Assembly: GCA_963728565.1 (NCBI GenBank)
Contig: CAVSLC010000025.1
Span: 28,413 to 92,412 of the forward strand
Direction: 5' to 3'
DNA: 64,000 nt
Origin: an uncultured delta proteobacterium
Lineage (GTDB): Bacteria > Desulfobacterota > Binatia > UBA9968
The notes beneath the pieces are model-generated. The model made no database searches. It was given only the letters and a program-made list of their open reading frames with translations, and had not been told where the DNA came from. Numbering within the stretch: the first letter of the stretch is position 1; every line of letters starts with the position of its first letter. Below, one piece after another: positions 17,539 to 26,830 of the stretch. A program made the translations under genes and the position numbers.

Positions 17539-18606
17539 GTGCCGTGGCATATGAGCAAGGACGTAACGACTCACACAAATCAACGAATCAAACACTCAGT
17601 TCCGGATGCTACGCTTCGTTCCGGGCCGGACACCGTCCTATGGGGCTATATCGCGGCGAATCTACCCCCGGCGCTGAGTATCAAATCAGGCGCCGTCGTC
17701 GAGATCGAAGCGCTCTCGCACCAGGGCCTAACGACGGAGAAGGATCCTGAAAAATTTTTCGCCAGCTACGGTATATCAGGCGCGGAGGTTTTGTCTGACG
17801 CAAAGGCGGTCTTCTCCAGTGTGAAGCGTCCGAAAGGAGCAAGTGTTCATATTCTCACCGGACCGATTTACATTGAAGGGGCCGAGCCGGGCGATACTTT
17901 GGAGGTGCGCGTGCTCGATATCAGGTTCCGCGTGCCTTATGGGGTGAATAATACCGGTCCTGGTAAAGGTGTGTTGCCCAAGCTGCTAAAAGAACCGTCG
18001 GCCAAGCTGATCCGGCTCGATCTGGAGCGGCGAGTCGCACTCTTCTCCAGCGAAATCGAAATTCCACTCAATCCGTTCATGGGGATCATGGCGGTGTCGC
18101 CGCCGACTAGCCTTGGTATGGTATCTTCGACGCCGCCGGGCGCCTGGGGCGGCAATATGGATTTGAAATTTCTGGGTGTGGGTTCATCGCTGTATCTTCC
18201 GGTGTTCAACAACGGAGCGCAGTTTTTTACCGGCGACGGTCATGCCGTGCAAGGCGATGGTGAGGTTGATGGCGGCGCCATCGAGATCTCATTGGCGCCG
18301 AACCTGCAATTCCTTCTTCATAAAGGCAAGACTATCAAGCTGCCGCGGGTCGAAACGGCTACGGATTATTTGTTGACGGGGCTTAGCGTTGATCTAAACG
18401 AGGCGGCTCGTATCGCGCTGCAAGAAACCGTTGACTTTCTGCAGGCTGAGAAAGGTTTGACCGCCGCCGACGCGTATGCGTTGTCGAGCTTGGCCGTGGA
18501 TCTGGGAATCGGTGAAGCGGTGGACATCGTTAATCTTGTCTACGCCAAAATTCCTAAGAATATCTTCAGAAGCAATCCACCTTTTTGGGCTTCCACCGAG
18601 CGATGA
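17539..18606 (+). CDS. acetamidase/formamidase (FmdA_AmdA) family amidohydrolase
   Basis: GPIYIEGAEPGDTLEV, GGNMD, FFTGDGHAVQGDGEV. An ATG at 17551 is an alternative start. Confidence 0.85.
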   Translation: MPWHMSKDVTTHTNQRIKHSVPDATLRSGPDTVLWGYIAANLPPALSIKSGAVVEIEALSHQGLTTEKDPEKFFASYGISGAEVLSDAKAVFSSVKRPKGASVHILTGPIYIEGAEPGDTLEVRVLDIRFRVPYGVNNTGPGKGVLPKLLKEPSAKLIRLDLERRVALFSSEIEIPLNPFMGIMAVSPPTSLGMVSSTPPGAWGGNMDLKFLGVGSSLYLPVFNNGAQFFTGDGHAVQGDGEVDGGAIEISLAPNLQFLLHKGKTIKLPRVETATDYLLTGLSVDLNEAARIALQETVDFLQAEKGLTAADAYALSSLAVDLGIGEAVDIVNLVYAKIPKNIFRSNPPFWASTER

Positions 18607-18678
18607 CTAGTCGCGAGTGGTCATGCGCTGCACCGAAAACACCAGTCCGGCTGAGAGGTGAGAAAAGCTCAAGTCTTC

Positions 18679-19713
18679 TCACTGCGTCAAGAAAATCTTG
18701 CGAAAGTCTTCCTTGAGTTTGACGAACTGTTCGTCTGATGGATTCTCCATGAAGACTGCATGAGCCACCACTCGCTCGGCGTCTTTAAGATTGGGATAGA
18801 TCCCGGGAGCGATCGGGAAGTCGCCGCTGTCGGCGATGATCTTTTGCGCATCCGCGGTGCAGAGATAATCGATGTAGAGCTTGGCCGCGTTGGGAGCCGC
18901 AGCTTTGGCGCTGAGAGCGAGATCGGTCGAATCGGTCAAGACTTTGTCGAAAACGACATGGCTGAGCGGCCCCTTTACCTGAGTAATATACTGCGCGTAA
19001 GTAATCCCAAGGTGCGCTTCACCCTTTACCAAGGCAGTCGGCACAGGCGCGAAAGACTCCAGCAAAAACGGCTTCTGTTTGGCGAGCGCTCTGGCGTAAT
19101 CCATCCACTTTTCACCTTTAATTTTCTGCATGTTCCAGAGAAACTGCGCGGTACTGGTATGCCTGGAAGGATCGGGCATGGCGATTTTGCCTTGCCATTT
19201 TGGATTCAAGAGATCATCGAAATTTTTTGGCAGATCGGCGGGCTTTACCAGTTCTGTGTTGTAGAGAATGCTCACGGGAGTATGGCGAAACGCCGTCAGC
19301 ACGCCATCCTTGTCTTTCAAGTGGGCGGGAAACTTGGCCGCTGCTGGCGCGGTAAATTTGGCCAGTGCATTTTCGCGTTTAAGCAGAGCTATCGTTCCGT
19401 TGATTGCAAATAGAACGTCGAAGCCCGGTTTGCCGGCGCGCCACTCGGTGATCGCTCGGTCAACAACGGCGGTGGCCGATGCGCGCCAATAATCGACTTT
19501 AACTCCGTATTTTTTTTCAAACCCGGTATGAATAGGCGCCATGACATTCGGAATTGTCGTGCCGTAGACGACAATTCTACTTTCCTTTTTCGCCGCCTCC
19601 TGATCGAGTGTCTGAGCCAAAATTTCATTGCTGAAACAGAAAAGCGTCAAGCTGATCGAGAGAACCAGCTTTAATTTCGTTGCGATCGATGGAATCATTT
19701 TATTATTTTCCAC
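18679..19713 (-). CDS. ABC transporter periplasmic solute-binding protein (Fe3+/polyamine-type fold)
   Basis: Signal peptide, then VVYGT...YWRAS...SILYNT pattern. Paralogous to 51087..52175. Confidence 0.8.
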   Translation of the reverse strand: MENNKMIPSIATKLKLVLSISLTLFCFSNEILAQTLDQEAAKKESRIVVYGTTIPNVMAPIHTGFEKKYGVKVDYWRASATAVVDRAITEWRAGKPGFDVLFAINGTIALLKRENALAKFTAPAAAKFPAHLKDKDGVLTAFRHTPVSILYNTELVKPADLPKNFDDLLNPKWQGKIAMPDPSRHTSTAQFLWNMQKIKGEKWMDYARALAKQKPFLLESFAPVPTALVKGEAHLGITYAQYITQVKGPLSHVVFDKVLTDSTDLALSAKAAAPNAAKLYIDYLCTADAQKIIADSGDFPIAPGIYPNLKDAERVVAHAVFMENPSDEQFVKLKEDFRKIFLTQ

Positions 19714-19909
19714 TGTGACGTTACCCGCCCATTGATTAAACTACAATCCGCCGCGGCGTAATTTCCCATACTCTAAGGCCAGGGCGTCCGGTCAATAGCG
19801 GACACAACATACATTGGTCGGCATGGCGTGATCAAGGGCAGCCGGGCAGTGCTCCGACAGATATTCTTTGCGGCTGGCCGGCTCTGGATTGCGTGCAATC
19901 AACGCTCGA

Positions 19910-20836
19910 CTATATCGCTTTATCTTCATGGTGTTGCTTGAGCACAGACGCCAGAATGGAAATCAGCAAGATCCCGCCGACCACGCCTAACGAAATGCCG
20001 ATGGGGATTTTGTAGAACTCGGCAATCAGCATCTTCGCGCCGACGAAACAGAGCACGAACGCGAGGCCAACCCTGAGATAGCGGAACATCTCCATGACGC
20101 CGGCGAGAAGGAAGAAAAGAGCCCGAAGCCCAAGGATGGCAAAGACATTGGAGGTATATACGATGAATGGGTCTAAAGTGATAGCGAAGATCGCCGGGAT
20201 TGAATCGACCGCGAAAATAACATCAGTGGTCTCGACAACGACAAGCACCAAAAAGAGAGGGGTAGCCCACAGCTTTCCATCTTTGCGGATGAAGAATTGT
20301 TGTCCCTGGTAGTCCGGGGTCACGTTGATGAATCGACGCACCAAGCGGACAGCCGGATTTTTTTCCGGCTCAATTTTTTCGTCGCCGACGAATAGCAACT
20401 TAATGCCGGTGAAAATGAGAAAGCCGCCAAAAACATAGATCATCCAGTGGAAGTTGGACAGCAAGGCTGTTCCGGTCGCGATGAAGCCGGCTCGCAAGAC
20501 CAGAGCCCCTAGAATACCCCAGAAGAGGACGCGGTGCTGGTAGCTCGACGGAACTGCGAAGTAGGAGAAAATGACCAGGAAGACAAACAGATTATCCACG
20601 CTCAAAGACCACTCGATCACATAGCCGGTCAAAAACTCCAGCCCCTTTTCCCCGCCGCGAAAAAAATAAATACCCACGCCGAAAAGAAGGGCCAGGGAAA
20701 CCCAGACGCAGCTCCAAGCCAAGGCTTCTCGCAGCGAAACAGCGTGGGCTTTGCGATGCAGCACTAGCAGGTCGAGCGCCAGTATGCCTAAAACAAAGAC
20801 GTTAAAAACGACCCATAAAAACAGTTGCGAATCCAT
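19910..20836 (-). CDS. TerC-family integral membrane protein (copy 1)
   Basis: LEFLTGYVIEWSLSVDNLFVFL, DEKIEPEKNP, VVETTDVIFAVDSIPAIFAIT. Confidence 0.9.
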   Translation of the reverse strand: MDSQLFLWVVFNVFVLGILALDLLVLHRKAHAVSLREALAWSCVWVSLALLFGVGIYFFRGGEKGLEFLTGYVIEWSLSVDNLFVFLVIFSYFAVPSSYQHRVLFWGILGALVLRAGFIATGTALLSNFHWMIYVFGGFLIFTGIKLLFVGDEKIEPEKNPAVRLVRRFINVTPDYQGQQFFIRKDGKLWATPLFLVLVVVETTDVIFAVDSIPAIFAITLDPFIVYTSNVFAILGLRALFFLLAGVMEMFRYLRVGLAFVLCFVGAKMLIAEFYKIPIGISLGVVGGILLISILASVLKQHHEDKAI

Positions 20837-20870
20837 GCGTTGTGTATCCCTTGAAGTCTTGGCCGTTTTT

Positions 20871-21200
20871 TTAAATTTGCAAAAGGACGTTAAAGGCGCG
20901 CAGATTTTGATGGCAACTGTGCGCGCGCAGGTGAATCGTGTCGTAAGACAAGACCTGTTGAAATGAAACTTCGCTGGCGGTCACCGCCCGCGCGTGCACC
21001 GTTACCAACTTACGGCCGCCGGTGCGAAATCTGCGGATGATGGGGGATCTCGTCGAATCGTCCAGTCGGTCCGACGTGACAAAGTCTCCGGTGGAAATCT
21101 CAGCATAGCTTTCAAGTCGATGAGAATCGGTCGCTAATCCGCCGATGAGAAAAAAAATTGTTAAGACCCAAGAAGAAATCGCCGGCTTCATCAGACGCAC
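20871..21200 (-). CDS. hypothetical small protein with an N-terminal hydrophobic/signal-like segment, immediately upstream of TerC copy 1
   Basis: MKPAISSWVLTIFFLIGGLA. No motif. Its 3' part overlaps predicted RNA hairpins, so it may not be coding. Confidence 0.3.
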   Translation of the reverse strand: MRLMKPAISSWVLTIFFLIGGLATDSHRLESYAEISTGDFVTSDRLDDSTRSPIIRRFRTGGRKLVTVHARAVTASEVSFQQVLSYDTIHLRAHSCHQNLRAFNVLLQI

Positions 21201-21248
21201 GTGGTATCAATTCATATGCATTTAGTCAATCAAGCCTGGGTGAATCAG

Positions 21249-21700
21249 TCAGCGTCGGTTCGTGGGATATGCCAACCAGCGGGAAATCGAGACGAACATT
21301 GTGGTGACCGCGATAGCCACGCAAAAACTTCTCACCCGCCCATCCGTGAATACTGATGCTCGCGGATAGTGATGAACTTCAATGGCGCAGCTTTGCGTTT
21401 CCGTGACTTTTGTGAGGCGCTGAAGGACGGGTGAAAAGTCGCGCATACAACGACCGACGATGTGCTTCCCAGCGTGAAGGAAGGCGGTTGGGATTCCCTG
21501 CGAAAAGAAGATCCCGAAATTTCCCGGCACATTGAGCGGCATTGAAGAGTGTGGCAATTTTAACCGCAGAAATTCCGGGGGTTGAGTGATTTACGACCCA
21601 TGCGTTGGTGCTCTTAGCCGAGATTGATCGGTGGTAATTGACTATTCGCATAGCCGTGGTATACGTTTTGCCTGGTGAAACAGATCACTATCGGCATAAC
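21249..21700 (-). pseudogene. fragmentary minus-strand ORFs in all three frames; possibly a decayed thioredoxin-fold gene
   Basis: The stretch PEFLRLKLPHSSMPLNVPGNFGIFFSQGIPTAFLHAGKHIVGR resembles the C-terminal two thirds of a thioredoxin. In-frame stops lie upstream. Confidence 0.2.
21379..21426. repeat. 48-nt segment, 38/48 identical to 25127..25174
   Basis: Hand alignment. Shared 13-mer core GCGCAGCTTTGCG. Confidence 0.6.
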
Positions 21701-21939
21701 TCTCTTCCTTTTTTTTTCATCTTCTTCCCTGAAGAGCTTAGAGCAACTCTCGGCTCGTTTTGACGCCGATTCGCAAGAGTCTCTTTGGACTTTAAATGAC
21801 GATTTGTCTTCGGACAATGCCCGTGGCCGTCGCCCCTGAAACGGTCGCAAAGAGTCAAATCCTCAGTTAACAGCTTGCGCGGCGTGGAAAAACCAGCGCC
21901 GGCGATTTCTCTTATCGTCCGGATAATGGAATCGTTCAT
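21688..21939 (-). CDS. hypothetical 83-aa ORF
   Basis: Open frame only, with an A9 run inside. No motif recognised. Confidence 0.2.
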   Translation of the reverse strand: MNDSIIRTIREIAGAGFSTPRKLLTEDLTLCDRFRGDGHGHCPKTNRHLKSKETLANRRQNEPRVALSSSGKKMKKKGRELCR

Positions 21940-22182
21940 TTCTCATTATTCCAGGTCGCGCGTTTATCAGCAGACAAACGTCTACAGAATTTAACCCGTC
22001 CGTCTTCGCTGCACACGAAGCACTTCAAGATCAGGGACATGAATCGCGAAGTTCCCTGTACAGAAGTCACTTGGACAAAAGACGAACGAACCCGCCAACT
22101 CACCGAAATCATAATACTGTTTTCAAACTGGAATGAAAGCCAAAAATTGTGAGCGCTTTAGAATCCACACTACGAGGGATCT

Positions 22183-24884
22183 ATGGCAAACATACAATGG
22201 CATTCGACGCAGGTTGATTCCGTCCTCGGTCAACTGGGTACCGATCCACAGCAAGGCTTGACCGTTGAGGAGGCTGGACGGCGACTGGAGGTACACGGTT
22301 ACAACGAACTGAAAAAGGAAGAGAAGAGTTCTCCCTTCATCCTTCTCATCAATCAGTTCAAGAACACTCTCATTATCATACTGGCGGTTGCCACGGTGCT
22401 ATCCGCGATCATCGGCGACCTGCTTGACGCCGGCATTATCCTGGCGATCATCGTCTTCTGCGCTCTGTTGGGATTTGTTCAGGAGTATCGCGCTGAGCGC
22501 GCCCTGGACGCTTTGAAGAAAATGCTCACTCCAACGATTACGGCGCTGAGAGGAGGGCGGGAAGAGGAAATTCCATCAAAGGAACTGGTCCCTGGTGATA
22601 TCATCCTGCTCGAGGCCGGAGATAAGATACCCGCCGACGGGCGCTTAGTCGAAATTCACTCACTGCAGTGCGACGAGGCTCCATTGACGGGAGAGTCCTT
22701 TCCCGTGGAGAAAGATCTCAAAGTTTTACCCGAAGCGGTACCGGTAGGCGATAGAAAAAATATGGTATTTACCGGTACCGCGGTTAGCTATGGCGAGGCA
22801 AGGCAGTGGTGACGGATACTGGATTCAAAACCGAGTTCGGGAAGATCGCCAGTGAATTGGCGACCGTTTCGCAGGAGAAAACGCCTCTGGAAAAACGCAC
22901 GGAAGAGATCGGAAAATGGCTTGGAATCATTGCCGTGAGCGCCTGTGTTTTGGTTGTGGTGACCAGCATCGTTCGGGAAGCGATCGGCGGAAGCTTGGAT
23001 CTGCAATTCATTCTAATGATGCTGATGTTCGCAATTGCCCTGGCAGTAGCTGCCGTTCCCGAAGCGCTTCCCGCCATCGTGACGGGAGCCTTGGCCATAG
23101 GCATGCGTGAAATGGCAAAGCGTAATGCGCTCGTAAGGAAAATGCCGGCAGTGGAAACTCTGGGTTGCACGACGGTGATCTGTTCCGACAAGACCGGAAC
23201 TTTGACGAAAGGAGAGATGACGGTCCGGCGGGTCTTTGGGGGCGGAAAGCCCGTCGAAGTGAGCGGCGTAGGTTATGCGCCCGAAGGCGGCTTAAGTCCG
23301 GCTTCTAATAACCCGTCATTGAACATGCTGTTTAAAGGCGGAATCCTGTGCAACGACTCCACGCTTTTGGAAACGGGAGGCAAGTGGTCCATCAAAGGCG
23401 ATCCGACCGAAGCCGCCCTCATGGTCCTTGCAGCCAAGGCAGGGCTGGGGCGAGAGCAAATCAGAAATCAATGTCCTAGGATCGGGGAATTTCCTTTCAG
23501 CTCGGATAGAAAACGGATGACTACGATCCACACGATGGAGGACGGCAAGCGCAGGGGGTTTATGAAGGGAGCCCCGGAAGTGATCCTCGATCGATGTTCG
23601 TCCATCTTGAGTGGAGATGAGATAAGCGCGTTGGACGACAGCGAACGTAAAAGAATCCTTTCGGCAAACGAGGAAATGGCTACCGATGCGTTGAGGGTTC
23701 TTGCGATAGCCTACAGCGACCTTCCGGAGGCGGATCAATATAACGAAGATTTCGTTGAAAAAGACCTCGTGTTTCTAGGCCTGATCGGCATGATGGATCC
23801 GCCCAGAGAGGAGGCCCTCGAGGCAGTGCGAGTGTGCCGGCAGGTGTCAATTAAGCCCATCATGATCACCGGCGATCACAAACTCACTGCCCTCGCTGTA
23901 GCGAAGGAACTTGGAATTCACCGCGAAGGAGATCTCGTATTTACGGGGGAAGAGCTTAGTAAAATTGACGATGACGAATTTGAACGCATTGTTGATAAGA
24001 TTACCGTCTACGCCAGGGTCTCGCCACTCGATAAACTCAAAATTGTCAAGGCGTGGAAGAACCGGGGCGAAGTTGTTGCCATGACCGGTGACGGGGTCAA
24101 CGATGCCCCAGCCTTGAAACACGCCGACATCGGGATAGCGATGGGCATCACCGGCACCGAAGTGGCGAAAGAGGCAGCGGATATCGTCCTGAGCGATGAT
24201 AATTTTGCCACAATTGTCCGTGCCATCGAGCGGGGCAGATGGATCTATGACAATATTAAAAAATATTTAACCTATCTACTCAGAGCGAATATTACCGAAG
24301 TCGTGGTGTTAGGCGGCGTTGTCATGGTCATGGGGCCCGAGTACTTGCCGCTTCTTCCGGCGGCGATCCTGTATATCAACCTGGCAACCGATGGGCTTCC
24401 AGCGCTCGCGCTGGGGGTGGCGCCTGCGGATCCGGATATCATGCAGAGAGCTCCGCGCGACCCTAGGGAGAGCGTGTTTTCAAAGGATGTAAGAATGCTG
24501 ATCCTGATGGCCGTACTCATCGAGTGCCCGCTATTCCTGTGGATGTTCTTTCGATCCCAACCGGATATGGAACTTGCGCGGACTCTAATCTTTTTCATGT
24601 TCGTTTTTATCGAGCTCCTCATTGCCGTTAACTTCCGCTCTCTAAGGTACAGCCTGATACAAGCGCCGCCGCACAAGTGGCTCCTGATCGCCATCGGCTG
24701 GGAACTGGCTCTGATTGTCGTGTTGATTCAATTTCCAGCGGTCCGAGATGCCTTCGGAATCACCATGCCGTCGGCCTCCGACATCGGGATGATCGTTGCC
24801 CTTGGCGTCGGCATCGTCATTGTAATCGAGATAGCGAAGGCCGGTTTCAGGACGACGACGCGCGGGCGCACTATGACGGCTTAG
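22183..24884 (+). CDS. P2A-type (SERCA/YloB-like) Ca2+/Mn2+-transporting P-type ATPase; frame broken once near 22794 (ORFs 22183..22812 and 22806..24884)
   Basis: Cation_ATPase_N start, CSDKTGTLT, TGDGVNDAPALKHADIGIAMG, M4 VPEALPAIVT, M6 NLATDGLPALALG. The junction reads ...TAVSYG / RGKAVVTDTGFKTEFGKIA in two frames. Confidence 0.9.
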
Positions 24885-25126
24885 GCGGAACGGCGGTAGG
24901 CCAACCCACGTTTTCCCGAGCGGACTGCCCGACCTGGCGGCCCTTCTCGTTGTCAGCGAGCGTCGAGGGCATTCCAATTTTTTCCGCGATCCTATCTCGT
25001 CAATCGCGCCGAGCCGGCGCGCCGCTGATGGAGGCGATGGGCGAGAAAATGTCTGCTTGATGAACGATCATGGCGCGCCGTCACCGACAAGACGACTGAA
25101 GATACGACCGTTCGTTGGTGACGTAT

Positions 25127-25174
25127 CCAACAGCGCAGCTTTGCGGTCCCGTGATTTTTCTGGCGCGCTGAAGC
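25127..25174. repeat. 48-nt segment homologous to 21379..21426
   Basis: See 21379..21426. Confidence 0.6.
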
Positions 25175-25413
25175 GGCCAGGAGGTATCTGGCGGTGAGCT
25201 ACGGCAGCGGCACTGATCCGCTCGGACTCAAGCTTCCACGAAGACGGACGTGGTTTCGCGGGCTGCAAGAATACCGATCATTTCCTATGAGAATGAAGAT
25301 CTCGGCGCCAGCGCGCAGCGCTGAAGAATGCGAGTTTGTTCTTGGGGATCCGCGAGTAGCTCCTGTCTCTCGTAGGAGTATCGCTTGCTGAATGGGTTCA
25401 GCCTGGCATCGTG

Positions 25414-26400
25414 CTAAGCTTCGTCTCCGGTTAGATCCGCTTTGACGGGCTTTTGCAAATGCGGTTCTTTAGGATTTTTGGGCTTGATCAGCCACGATGC
25501 AATGATCGAGAGCAGCAACACGCCGCCGATGACCGCCAAGGAAACACCGATCGGAATCTTGTAGATGTCGACGAGCATCATTTTGGCGCCGACGAAGCAA
25601 AGAACAACAGATAGACCGATTTTTAGATACACGAACATTTCCATGACACCGGCAAGCATAAAGTAGAGGGCACGCAGTCCGAGAATCGCAAACACGTTCG
25701 ATGTATAGATGATGAAGGGATCGTCGGTTATGGCGAAAATCGCCGGAATGGAGTCGATGGCGAAAATCACGTCGGTGGTTTCGACCACGATGAGCACCAG
25801 CATCAAAAGCGTAGCGTAACTCTTGCCTTCACGGCGAATAAAAAAGTTCTGACCATCGTACTTTCTGATGATCGGTACCAATCTTTCGAACAGCCTCACC
25901 ACGGGATTTTTCTCCGGCTCGATCTTTTCGTCTCCTTGAAGGTACATTTTGATTCCGGTGACGACCAAGAAGCCGCCGAAAATATAGATCATCCAATGGA
26001 AATTGCTCAGCAGCGCGGATCCGGTGGCAATGAAAATGGCGCGTAAGATCAAAGCGCCGAGAATACCCCAAAAAAGCACGCGGTGCTGGTATTCGCTGGG
26101 CGTGCTGAAATATTGAAAGATCATCAGAAACACGAACAAGTTGTCGACGCTCAGGGATTTTTCGATGACATATCCGGTGAGGAACTCGAGCGCTTTTTCA
26201 GATCCCCACGCGTAATAGATCCCAACATTGAAGATCATCGCCAAGCAGACCCAGACAACGCTCCAGATCGATGCTTCCTTAATCGAAATCGTGTGGGCTT
26301 TGCGGTGGAATACACCCAAATCCAAGGCAAGCATCCCTAAGACAAAAATGTTAAAGCCGATCCAAAGAAATAGTCGTTCCGATTCCATTATGACTTCCAT
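25414..26400 (-). CDS. TerC-family integral membrane protein (copy 2)
   Basis: About 70% identical by eye to copy 1. The ATG at 26388 (MESERLFLW) is an alternative start. Confidence 0.9.
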   Translation of the reverse strand: MEVIMESERLFLWIGFNIFVLGMLALDLGVFHRKAHTISIKEASIWSVVWVCLAMIFNVGIYYAWGSEKALEFLTGYVIEKSLSVDNLFVFLMIFQYFSTPSEYQHRVLFWGILGALILRAIFIATGSALLSNFHWMIYIFGGFLVVTGIKMYLQGDEKIEPEKNPVVRLFERLVPIIRKYDGQNFFIRREGKSYATLLMLVLIVVETTDVIFAIDSIPAIFAITDDPFIIYTSNVFAILGLRALYFMLAGVMEMFVYLKIGLSVVLCFVGAKMMLVDIYKIPIGVSLAVIGGVLLLSIIASWLIKPKNPKEPHLQKPVKADLTGDEA

Positions 26401-26467
26401 TCTCCTGATGTTCGGCGATTGCGCCGAGCTACCCTGTTAAGACAACGACGGGATTGGAGAAAGAAGT

Positions 26468-26788
26468 CTAAATGCGGAAGACTCGTAGTAGCCGATGCAA
26501 ATTTCCAGGGCTACTGCGGGGTGGTGAGAGTGACGTGAGCGAGGATTGCGCTTTTCTAGCTGCGTGTCGGCTGCCGATCTGGGAATTGAGAGATCGGGCC
26601 AATCTTTTCCGGTGCGGTCGAGCTTTGCGTGCTTCCGAATGTCTCAGAATTTGTTCTTGCAGCTTCTCGGAGGAAATAGGCTCGTCGGCGGACTCCGCGA
26701 GCGCCGATTGAAGCACGAAAATATCCATCCCGGAGAGGCCGAAAGTCAGGAAGAAAAGCAAAATCATGTAGCGCAGTGGCGGTACCAT
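26468..26788 (-). CDS. hypothetical small protein with a signal-like N-terminus, immediately upstream of TerC copy 2
   Basis: MILLFFLTFGLSGMDIFVLQSALA, followed by a basic low-complexity tail. Confidence 0.3.
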   Translation of the reverse strand: MVPPLRYMILLFFLTFGLSGMDIFVLQSALAESADEPISSEKLQEQILRHSEARKARPHRKRLARSLNSQIGSRHAARKAQSSLTSLSPPRSSPGNLHRLLRVFRI

Positions 26789-26830
26789 AAGCTTACATCG
26801 CTAACAATTAGGCAAGGTCAAGTCAATCAG

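Noticed and set aside
20837-21000. Looked for a yybP-ykoY (Mn2+) riboswitch in the leader of TerC copy 1, and likewise at 26401-26600 for copy 2, because TerC genes often carry one.
   Set aside because: The conserved cores (GGGGAGUAG, UUGACAUA, a CAAGAC box flanked by the closing P1 helix) are not present in the correct order or orientation. Only loose fragments occur: CCAAGAC in copy 1 and GCAGUAGCC in copy 2. A covariance-model scan would be needed to settle this.
21560-21700. Attempt to locate the thioredoxin CxxC site in the decayed region.
   Set aside because: Two mutually exclusive alignments were possible. One is APTHGS-stop-ITQPPEF in one frame against APWCGHCK.L.PEF. The other is FCG-stop-NC in another frame. 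That ambiguity shows the match is too weak to call an active site, so only the C-terminal thioredoxin-like stretch is reported, at low confidence.
22780-22815. Possible programmed ribosomal frameshift joining the two ATPase ORFs.
   Set aside because: There is no slippery heptamer or downstream structure. The defect is a single missing base in a CC context, the same class as the other isolated breaks in the window, so an indel (technical or mutational) is the simpler explanation.
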